From NCBI GenBank assembly GCA_009694805.1, contig SICM01000004.1, positions 635 through 64,634 of the forward strand: a stretch of 64,000 nucleotides of DNA, read 5' to 3'. The stretch is from Candidatus Latescibacterota bacterium (lineage in GTDB: Bacteria; Latescibacterota; UBA2968; SICM01). Position numbers and translations under genes: made by a program. Of this stretch, positions 52,765-61,088 are shown piece by piece. Position 1 is the stretch's first letter. Each line of letters opens with the position of its first letter. The notes under the pieces are model-generated. The model did no database searches. It saw only the letters and a list, made by a program, of their open reading frames with translations, and was not told where the DNA came from.

Positions 52765-53945
52765 TGCCTGTACACCTCCTCCATCCGGTCCACCACCATC
52801 TCCCAGTCGTAGCGCTCCTCGCACAGCCCCCGGCCCCGCGCCCCCATCGCCCGCCTCAGGTCCGCGTCCCTCAGCAGGCGGATCAGGGCCTCCGCCAGGC
52901 GCGTTGGGTCTCTCGGAGGGACCAGCAGCCCGGACCCTCCGTCCTCCACGACCTCCGGAACCCCCCCGACGCCGCAGGCCACCACGGGCTTCTCCGACGC
53001 CATCGCCTGAAGCAGGCTGACCCCGAACGCCTCGGCGAGCGTCGGCAGGCAGAACACCGCGCACCGGCGGTAGAACGGGGCGATTCGGTCGAAGGGGATC
53101 GCCCCCGCGAACCGCACCCGGTCGGCCACGCCCAGCCGGCCCGCCAGCGCCTCGAAGAGCGCCCGATCCGGCCCATCCCCCGCGACGGTCAGGTGCGCCT
53201 CCGGGACCTGCCGGATCACCTCCGGCATGGCCTCGATCAGGTATTGCACCCCCTTGGTCCGCAGGAGGTTCCCGGCATACAGGATCTCGCCCGCCTCCTC
53301 CCCGTCGCCAGGCCGGAAGACCCCCGTGTCCACGCCCAGCGGGATCACCGGCGTCCTCCCCGCGCACGACGCCGGCAGAAACGCCCGTGTCGCGGCCACG
53401 GATACCGGCACGCTCGCGGCCTGCGCCATCGTCCGCTGCCAGAGGTACGCCCCGACGGTCATGTTCAACCGGTCGGCCAGCTTCCCCTCGATCCGGTCGC
53501 GCAGACCCTGCGGGGGCGCGGTCGCCGTCTCCGCCCCCTCCGGCAGAGACGCCGTCATCGGCAGGCTCACCGGTCCATACACGAAAGGGGCGTCCAGCCG
53601 CCAGCAGAGGCTGAACCGGCCCGGAAACGCCGGACGGATGTGGTGCGCCACGTCGATCCGCGTCCTTCGGGCCACGGCCTCCGCCTCCTGGTACGCCCGC
53701 CACGTGAACCCCCACCACCGCCAGTGGTACGGGGCGTAGCGCCGCCGGTCCAGCAGGTCGTACGGCCCGACCTCCCGGACCTCCACGCCGGAAATCGCCG
53801 CCCTCAGCCGGACCTGCGGGGCCAGGACGAAGAGCCGGTGCCCGCGCCGGGCCAGCCGCTCGACCAGGGCGTAGGCCACCTGAAACTCCCCGCCCGGCAC
53901 GTGATCGGAGAAGACATAGGAGGCGGAGGAGATCAGGATGGTCAT
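52752..53945 (-). CDS. glycosyltransferase family 4
   Basis: C-terminal EAFGVSLLQAMASEKPVVACGVGG motif. ATGA overlap upstream. Confidence 0.85.
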   Translation of the reverse strand: MTILISSASYVFSDHVPGGEFQVAYALVERLARRGHRLFVLAPQVRLRAAISGVEVREVGPYDLLDRRRYAPYHWRWWGFTWRAYQEAEAVARRTRIDVAHHIRPAFPGRFSLCWRLDAPFVYGPVSLPMTASLPEGAETATAPPQGLRDRIEGKLADRLNMTVGAYLWQRTMAQAASVPVSVAATRAFLPASCAGRTPVIPLGVDTGVFRPGDGEEAGEILYAGNLLRTKGVQYLIEAMPEVIRQVPEAHLTVAGDGPDRALFEALAGRLGVADRVRFAGAIPFDRIAPFYRRCAVFCLPTLAEAFGVSLLQAMASEKPVVACGVGGVPEVVEDGGSGLLVPPRDPTRLAEALIRLLRDADLRRAMGARGRGLCEERYDWEMVVDRMEEVYRQCRH

Positions 53946-54883
53946 GGCACAAAGGTCTTAATTCTCAGCATTCCATACAGCGACCCGGCGTGGTACACGA
54001 TCTCGCTCGCCTTGTCGATGGCCGGAAACGCCGCGCTCTCAACGAGGCTCAGGCCCTTCCGGCGATACCGCCAGGCGTGGATTGGCCACTTGACCAGGGA
54101 GATCGCCATCCAGAGGATATGTCCCGTCACCGCACTCAGGGAGAGCCTCCGCCCCTCCACCCGGTACCAGAGGACGCGGTTGACGCCGAAGTTGAACCGC
54201 TCCTTCATCACCGTCCTGAAGGAGGTCTTCTGATGATGGTCCGTGATCGCGGAGGGGACGTAGGCCAGGCGATATCCGGCCTGGCGGAGGCGCATCGAGA
54301 ACTCCGTGTCCTCCCCGCCCGGCGCCACCCCCTTGAAGAAAGACGCGAACCGCTCGTCGAACGGCCCGGCCCGTTCCACGGCCTCCCGCCGGAAAGCCGA
54401 GTTGCCCGTGACCAGGTACAGGACCTCCCCGCCCTCGATCTTCGGGGCCTCGTGCGCCCGGTGAAAGCAGAGGTAGCGGGAGATCAGCGCAGGACCGGCC
54501 ACGGCCCGCCCCCGCCCGCTCACGCCCCCTACCCCGGGGTCCTCCAGGGCGCGGCAGATGTCCTGTAACCACGTCTTCGTCGCCACGTGGTCGTCGTCCA
54601 GAAATGCGATCACCGCCCCGCACGCCCCCGCCAGGCCTGCGTTCCGGGCCACGGCCACCCCCCGGTTCTGCTGGCGGAAATAGACGAGGGGGACAGGATA
54701 CCCCGGAACCAGGCCCGCCACCATCGCCTCTGTCCCGTCCGAACTCCCGTCGTCCACCACCACCACCTCGTAACCCCCGTCGAACGCCTGTTCGGACAGC
54801 GCGCCCAGGCACTGGGCCAGCATGTCCCGCCGGTTGTACGTGGCGATGACCACGCTTGCGCAGATCGAATCGGGCGCGCTCAT
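53942..54883 (-). CDS. glycosyltransferase family 2
   Basis: SVVIATYNR...VVVVDDGSSDGT...FLDDD pattern. Confidence 0.85.
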   Translation of the reverse strand: MSAPDSICASVVIATYNRRDMLAQCLGALSEQAFDGGYEVVVVDDGSSDGTEAMVAGLVPGYPVPLVYFRQQNRGVAVARNAGLAGACGAVIAFLDDDHVATKTWLQDICRALEDPGVGGVSGRGRAVAGPALISRYLCFHRAHEAPKIEGGEVLYLVTGNSAFRREAVERAGPFDERFASFFKGVAPGGEDTEFSMRLRQAGYRLAYVPSAITDHHQKTSFRTVMKERFNFGVNRVLWYRVEGRRLSLSAVTGHILWMAISLVKWPIHAWRYRRKGLSLVESAAFPAIDKASEIVYHAGSLYGMLRIKTFVP

Positions 54884-55407
54884 GACCGCTTCTGCAACGC
54901 CTTCTGGTAGAGCGCCGTGCTGTAGAACTCATACGAGGCCGCCTTGTCCGGCACGTCCAGCAGATGCACCGTGAACCGGGCCGGCACCCCGTTGTCCGGC
55001 AGGGAGTCCCGGAAGAAACCCCGGTAGCCCTCGGCATAGGCCTTGCGCAGCCGCTCCTGCTCCGCCGCGTAGCCCGCCGGGTCCACCAGCGGGTTCGGGG
55101 ACTTCGGCTGGCAGCCGAAGGCGTGGACCTCGATGAAGTCCACATGCTTCAGAGAGTCGCAGATGCCCGCCTCCTTCAGCCACGCCTCCCAGCTCTGGAA
55201 CACCAGCGGGATCTCCCGCACCGGGTCCATCGTGACCAGTTCCTCCCGGTTCAGAACCCCCTTGGCCGAATACCCGCCCGTCAGCCCTGAAAAGTAGATC
55301 TTCAGGTCCCCGTCCGGCAGTTCTTCGGTGACCAGGGACGACAGGACCGGGTGATCGCCCTGGTAGTAGTACGTCAGCTTCCCGCGCTTCTTGACATTGA
55401 AGGCCAT
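54880..55407 (-). CDS. hypothetical protein (175 aa, no recognisable family)
   Basis: ATG 55407 lies 8 nt after AGGAGG. ATGA overlap with the downstream GT2. Confidence 0.55.
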   Translation of the reverse strand: MAFNVKKRGKLTYYYQGDHPVLSSLVTEELPDGDLKIYFSGLTGGYSAKGVLNREELVTMDPVREIPLVFQSWEAWLKEAGICDSLKHVDFIEVHAFGCQPKSPNPLVDPAGYAAEQERLRKAYAEGYRGFFRDSLPDNGVPARFTVHLLDVPDKAASYEFYSTALYQKALQKRS

Positions 55408-55453
55408 GGCCCGTTCCTCCTGGTCACTCACGCTTCCAGCTCAGACTCTGTCC

Positions 55454-55531
55454 CATTTGCATTTTGCATTTTGCATTTTCTGCCTTCTGCCTTCTGCCTT
55501 CTTATCTGCGTCTATCTGCGTCTATCTGCGG
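55454..55531. repeat. modular array: (ATTTTGC)x3 + (TTCTGCC)x3 + 10-mer (TCTATCTGCG)x3
   Basis: Direct reading of the spacer between the 175-aa orphan and paralog 1. Confidence 0.9.
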
Positions 55532-55536
55532 ACCCG

Positions 55537-56730
55537 TTACGCCCGCCCATGCTGGGACTCCGCCGGCGCACGATACACCACCTTCAGATGCGGCGTCTCC
55601 AGCCGCCCGTGCCCCTGGAGGCGCGAGGTCAGGCAGCTCTCCAGCATCCCGCTGACGATCAGCGTCCGCTCCGCCGGAAACGGGGCCCTGCCGGTCTCAA
55701 TCATCTCCTCGATCTTGGCCACCAGACAGGCCGAGTAGGTCACATTGGGGATCGGCGTCAGGAAGAACTGCGTGGAGACCGGCGCGGGCGCTCCCTTGAG
55801 CCGCGCCGCGAAGCAGAAGTCCCTGACCGCGCCGTTGAGCATCAGCAGCGTGGCCTTCAGACCGTCATTATACTCGATGAAATAGGCCACCGGTTTCTCC
55901 ACCAGCTTCGGGAGTTCTCCCTGGCCCAGCAGGTCGTAGGTGCGCCCGTCCTCCACCGGGAGGCCGCACGGGCTGTCGCTCCGGGACAGCGCCGCCTCCA
56001 GAAGCGCCTTCGACCAGCGCCCCTCCTCCCCCGCCTTCCACACGGCCTCCCCCTCGATCATCTGCACAGCCCTCACCCCCGTCTCCCCACCCTTCCGCCG
56101 TTCTATCATACATTGCATGGCCTCCAGGGCGTGGTAGTCCATCGCATCTGACCCGCCCCCGCCCACCATCAGCGCGTCCTCGACCTCGCAGTCCAGGGGC
56201 AGCTCCAGGTCCGGCAACCGCCACGTCACCGGCAGGGACGACCCCGCCAGCACGGGAAACCGGAGACGCCGGGCGTCGTCCAGCATCTCCCTGGCCTTCT
56301 CGAAGCTGGTGGAGAGGTGCTTGTCGTTGTAGACCGGGACCCCTCTGCCGTCCGCTTCAAACACCTTGACGCACGCCTTGAAGAACGCGTGGCGCGGGTA
56401 GAGCTTCTGCCCCAACTCATTGGTCGGGTAATCCCCGTGCTCCCCGATGATCAGGACAGCATCCACGGCCAGCCGGTCGCCCCCGCAGCGCAGCGCCTCG
56501 GCGATCGTGGGGTACACGCGAAACCCGAACTCACGCGCCCGGTCCACGCTCTGGTCGCCTCCGGGTTTCTGGTCCACATACAGGGAGACGACCCGCATGT
56601 CGGGCCGCCGCCAGCGCCCCTCGTAGGGGTACCCGACCAGGAAGCGGTCCACGAAGTGCTGGGCGTGCGACAGGTAGCGGTAGACCGTGGCGACCACCGC
56701 GATGCGTTTGGGAGAGGAACCGGAAGTCAT
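55537..56730 (-). CDS. uncharacterised 397-aa protein, paralog 1 of a tandem pair
   Basis: AAGGAGAA SD. Collinear similarity to 56887..58080 along the full length. Confidence 0.65.
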   Translation of the reverse strand: MTSGSSPKRIAVVATVYRYLSHAQHFVDRFLVGYPYEGRWRRPDMRVVSLYVDQKPGGDQSVDRAREFGFRVYPTIAEALRCGGDRLAVDAVLIIGEHGDYPTNELGQKLYPRHAFFKACVKVFEADGRGVPVYNDKHLSTSFEKAREMLDDARRLRFPVLAGSSLPVTWRLPDLELPLDCEVEDALMVGGGGSDAMDYHALEAMQCMIERRKGGETGVRAVQMIEGEAVWKAGEEGRWSKALLEAALSRSDSPCGLPVEDGRTYDLLGQGELPKLVEKPVAYFIEYNDGLKATLLMLNGAVRDFCFAARLKGAPAPVSTQFFLTPIPNVTYSACLVAKIEEMIETGRAPFPAERTLIVSGMLESCLTSRLQGHGRLETPHLKVVYRAPAESQHGRA

Positions 56731-56756
56731 GCGGAAGGTTCTCCTTCGAATGCTGA

Positions 56757-56891
56757 ATGTCGAATGTCGAATGTCGAATCCCCCATTCGCACTTCGTCAT
56801 TCGTCCTTCGCACTTCTGGTGCGGATCACATCTTACAGGTTTTATCTGCGTTTATCTGCGCCCATCTGCGGATTACGCTTTACGCTTCACG
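56757..56891. repeat. modular array: (GAATGTC)x4 with inverted (CATTCGn) units + 10-mer (nnnATCTGCG)x3 + (TTACGCT)x2
   Basis: Direct reading of the spacer between the two 397-aa paralogs. Confidence 0.9.
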
Positions 56892-58080
56892 TCCTCCAGA
56901 ACGTCGATTCTTGAGTCGGCGGGTACGCGATGTCCAGGTGGGGCGTCTCCTGCCGTTTCTGCTCCTGATGCAGGCTCTCCACCCCGGCGGCCACCAGGCC
57001 CGTGGTCAGCAGCGTCCGCTCCACCGGATACGACGGCCTGCCGGTCAGGAACATCTGCTCGATGTGGTGGATCTGCGGGGAGAAGAAGTTGGCCAGCGTC
57101 GCGCGGTCCGGCGGCATCGGCAGGTACATCTGCGTGGACAGAGGACTTTCGCGGTCCTCCAGGTGCGCGGCGAAGTTGAAGTCCTGCACCAGGCCGTTCA
57201 GCAGGACCATCGTGCACCGCAGCCCGTCCAGATGCTCGTAGTGATACGCGATCGGGTCCTTGACGATCTCTTTCATCTCATCCCGCGTCGGGAAGACGTG
57301 GTTGAACCCCTTCCGCGACGGCGTGAGGGTGTGGCTGCGGCAGAGCGCGGCCTCGAACAGCTCGCGCGACCAGACCCCCTCGTGATGCGCCTCCCAGAAT
57401 TTGTCACCCCGATAGGCCTGGAGCCACCGCACCCCCTTTTCGCCCCCCTCCCGGCGCTCGGCCATGCACTGGATCGTCTCCAGCGCGTGGAAGTCGTAGC
57501 TGTCCACGCCGCCATAGCCCACGCACAGCGCCTCCCGGACGCGCGCGCCCAGGGGCATGTCCAGAGCGGGCGTGCGCCAGGTGACCGGCAGGGATGAACC
57601 GGCCATGAACGCGAACCCCATCTCCCGCGCCGTGTCGTACATCTCCCGCGCCCATGCCCACTTCCAGGACAGATGCTTGTCATTGAACAGGGGCGCGGTC
57701 CGGCCGCTCATCCTGTAGACCGCCGCGACCTGCTGGAACAGCTCATAGCGCGGGTAGAGGCGCTGCTCCTTTTCGGTCTTCCGGTAGTCCCCGTGCTCCC
57801 CGATCAGAAGCACCCCGTCCACGGCCAGGTCCCGTCCGCCCAGCGTCAGGGCATCCGCGACCGTCGGATAAACCTTCATGGACGGAAAGCGGGCGGCCCG
57901 GTCCGCGCTCAGATCGCCCTCCTTGACCTGGTCCACATAGAGCGAGACCAGGTCCATCTCCGGACGGTGGTGCCGGCCATTCCAGCCGTAGCCCTCTAAG
58001 AACCGGTCGATGAAGTGCTGCGCGTGGGCGTACTTCTGGACGATCGTGACGATGGCCGCGATCTTGGGGCGTCTGGTCAT
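56887..58080 (-). CDS. uncharacterised 397-aa protein, paralog 2 of a tandem pair
   Basis: GGCAGGAG SD. Shares HAQHF-DRFL-GY, VSLYVDQ, IGEHGDY, NDKHLS, AGSSLPVTWR, HALE--QCM-ERR-GGE-GVR blocks with paralog 1. Confidence 0.65.
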   Translation of the reverse strand: MTRRPKIAAIVTIVQKYAHAQHFIDRFLEGYGWNGRHHRPEMDLVSLYVDQVKEGDLSADRAARFPSMKVYPTVADALTLGGRDLAVDGVLLIGEHGDYRKTEKEQRLYPRYELFQQVAAVYRMSGRTAPLFNDKHLSWKWAWAREMYDTAREMGFAFMAGSSLPVTWRTPALDMPLGARVREALCVGYGGVDSYDFHALETIQCMAERREGGEKGVRWLQAYRGDKFWEAHHEGVWSRELFEAALCRSHTLTPSRKGFNHVFPTRDEMKEIVKDPIAYHYEHLDGLRCTMVLLNGLVQDFNFAAHLEDRESPLSTQMYLPMPPDRATLANFFSPQIHHIEQMFLTGRPSYPVERTLLTTGLVAAGVESLHQEQKRQETPHLDIAYPPTQESTFWRT

Positions 58081-58104
58081 GGGCGACTCCTGCCTCTCAG
58101 TTTC

Positions 58105-58206
58105 TCATTTTGCACTTTGCATTTTGCATTTTCTGCCTTCTACCTTCCGTCTTTCGCCTTCCTATCTGCGTTCATCTGCGCCCATCTGCGGATCACGCCT
58201 TACGCC
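58105..58206. repeat. modular array: (yTTTGCA)x4 + degenerate (TTCTGCC)x4 + 10-mer (nnnATCTGCG)x3 + CACGCCTTACGCC
   Basis: Same module order as 55454-55531. Overlaps the 3' end of the GT2 gene. Confidence 0.9.
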
Positions 58207-59118
58207 GCTCCTCGCCGCCTCAATCATCCTCCGCTCCTCCCGCCGCCTCCGCACAATGCAAAAGAAGTGCCGGGCGACCCAGAGGTGCGTCAGCGCCATG
58301 TGAGCGGCCAGCCTCCGCCGCGTCAGCCCGGCGTAGCGCCGCGTGAGGCTCAGGCGCGCGTAGTCCAGGACGTTCCGCATCAACCCCTGGCCGGGGTTCT
58401 TCAGCGTGAACAGGAACTCGTTCCGCACGCTCAGGTGGCGGATGCGCCAGGACATCAGCTCTGGATGCGCCGTCGCCCGCCAGTGTCGCACGACGCTCCG
58501 GGGGGCCGCCCCGATCCGGTACCCGGCCAGCGCCGCCCGTCGGCAGAGGTCCGTCTCCTCGAAATACGCGAAGTACAGAGGGTCGAACAGCCCCACCCGC
58601 TCGAACACCTCCCGCCGGACGAACATCGCCGCGCCGTTGGCCTTCGGGAGGTCGTAGAAAGGCCCCGGCGACCCCGCCGTCAGATCCCGCCGGAAGGCCT
58701 CGTTCCGGTCCGCCAGCTCCCGGAAGACCCGGTCCAGGTCCGTATCCTCGTAGTTCCGGAGCAGCGGGTTCAGGATCCCGGCGTCCGGGTTCGCCTCCGC
58801 GGCGCGCACCAGCTCTATCAGCCAGGAAGGGGTCACGACCGTGTCCTGGTTCAGGAGGACGAGGTACCGACGCCCCTGTGCCAGGGCGCGCCGGATACCG
58901 ATGTTGTTCCCCTCCGCAAACCCCACGTTGACCGGGCTGGCAATCATCTCCACGTCCGGAAACCGCTCGCGGAGATACGCCGCGCCCCCGTCCGTCGAGG
59001 CATTGTCCACGACCAGCGCCCGGAAATTCGGGTAGTCCGTCGCCAGCACGGACGACAGGCAGGCGTCGATCCATCGCCGCCCGTTATAGAGCACGATGAT
59101 CACGGTCACGGACGCCAT
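58162..59118 (-). CDS. glycosyltransferase family 2
   Basis: VTVIIVLYNG...LVVDNASTDG...LLNQD pattern. TGATG junction with the upstream gene. The last ~10 codons are read from a 10-nt repeat array. Confidence 0.85.
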   Translation of the reverse strand: MASVTVIIVLYNGRRWIDACLSSVLATDYPNFRALVVDNASTDGGAAYLRERFPDVEMIASPVNVGFAEGNNIGIRRALAQGRRYLVLLNQDTVVTPSWLIELVRAAEANPDAGILNPLLRNYEDTDLDRVFRELADRNEAFRRDLTAGSPGPFYDLPKANGAAMFVRREVFERVGLFDPLYFAYFEETDLCRRAALAGYRIGAAPRSVVRHWRATAHPELMSWRIRHLSVRNEFLFTLKNPGQGLMRNVLDYARLSLTRRYAGLTRRRLAAHMALTHLWVARHFFCIVRRRREERRMIEAARSGVRRDPQMGADERR

Positions 59119-61047
59119 CACGGCAACCGCAGACGATAGAGATGGACGCCCGCGACGCTGTCCACCGGTTCAAACCGGAATCGCGCCCGGAGCGGGAGGT
59201 CCTCTCCCCTCAGATCGGAGTCGTCACAGTACACGGCCCGCCCCCCGGTCAGATATCCGGAGATGAGGTCCGGCGATTCCAGCGCCACGATCTCCACCGG
59301 ACGCCGCCCTCCCCGCGCCAGCGCCCACGCCGCATACCGACCCGGATCGCGAGCCACCTCCCCCGGCACGTCCTCCAGGATCGGTCTTGGCAAAACGACC
59401 TTGCTGGCGTACTCCACGCGGCGGGAGGTGGGGATGGCCAGACGCCCCGACGTGACCCCCAGGAACAGCGGATCGATCCCCGACACGACCACGGCGTCCG
59501 CCTCCGTTCGCCGGGCGATCAGCCTGGCCGTCTCATACCTGCGGGGGACCGAGGCCGCGCCCCCCGCCCCCACGGCGATCAGACCCTCGGCGATGACCCA
59601 CAGGAAGAGGAGGTTCCAGAGCGCGGTCCGTCTCCGCCGCCATCCGGAAGGGTGAAGGTCCACCACAGCCGCGACGCCGCAGCCCGCCAGCAGCATCAGC
59701 AGGGGGATGGCCGGGGCCAGGAACCGCCGCTCCGCGAAGAAATAGAGCGCGTAGAACAGGAACGTCACCGCCGTCGTCCCCAGGACGAACACGGCCAGGG
59801 ATCGACTCGTCATCAGGAGCGGACCTGAGGGGACCCGTGACCCGCGACTTCTCACTTTGCCCCAGCGCAACGACCGCCCCGATGACCACGAACGCCGCCG
59901 TCGGGAGCGCGTAGCACGACCTCCCCCACCCGGCCAGCAACCCGCCGTAAAACAGGGCATTTGGAAGGCCGGTGACCTCCCCCAGAGCCGGACTCTGGAA
60001 GGCGTACCGGAGGTTGAACGTATGCCCCGACGCCTCGTAATAGTAAGGTACCCAGAACGCATACCCGGTCCTGAGCAGCCCGCCGAACGTCTCCGCCTGG
60101 TAGATGAGCACAGGCAAAAGAGCGAGTCCACACCCCCCGCACAGGCAGGCGACGGCCAGAAGAGGTCTATCCTGTACATCCTGTCCATCCCTGTTTCTCC
60201 CCTTCCACAAGAGAACCAGCGCCGCAGGCCCCAGCAGCAGGGCGTTTGTGAACCGGACGGTCGCCCCGGCCCCGATGCAGATTCCCAGCAGCCCCCACAT
60301 CCACGCCGCCCGCCGGCGCTCCATCAGGCGGACGAGCAGCCACGCGGCCAGGGTCATCGCCAGCATCGCCGCAGACTCGCTCATCACCGACCGTCCCGCA
60401 TCGATCGCCGTCCGACTGGACAGCGTCAGCAGGCCCGAGGCCACGCCCGCCGTCCGGCCCCAGACCCGCTCCCCCGTGCGGTAGGCCAGCGCTGCCGTCA
60501 GCCCAACAAGCGTCAGGGAGCAGAGGACCGCGTGGGACAACGCCGGCCCGAACAACCCGTAAAACGGCACGATCAGCAGCGGATACCCGAAGAGGTAGCG
60601 CGGCGGCCACACGGCCTCTCCTACGGGGAGGGTGTAGGACCCTGCAACCATCAACCTCCGGGCGGAGACCGCGTATTCGGCGGCGTCCGGCGTGGGCCTC
60701 AGGTCCGAGACCAGATACGGATCGACGTAGACCCCGATGACGGCGTACCCGAAGATCAGCCCGGCGAAGATCCCCCACGACCCCGGATGGGCGTTGAGCC
60801 TGCGGAGCCGGTCCCGGAGCGACGCGCTTCCCACGGCCCACGCCGCCAGGAGGCCACCTGCCCCCATGAAGATCAGCCGGACCCGCACGGTCCAGAGCAG
60901 CGCCCCTGTCCTGGCCTCCACGACTCCGTCCGAACTGGCGTAGCGCGCAACCAGGCCGGTCAAAGCTGCGCCCAGGACGAGCGACGCGACGCCTCCGGCG
61001 GCCAGACAGAGCGCCGCAAGTTGTCGATGGGATGAGGGACTGGCCAT
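59118..61047 (-). pseudogene. GT-C-like (ArnT/PMT_2-like) polytopic membrane glycosyltransferase split over two frames
   Basis: Frame A (61047 down to about 59830) encodes about 400 aa of TM-rich sequence. Frame B (59813..59118) continues with two more TM helices plus a soluble domain. Each frame is junk beyond the junction. Confidence 0.55.
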
Positions 61048-61088
61048 TAAAAATAGAGGAGGATTTTACTGTCTTTCCGCGTATCCCC

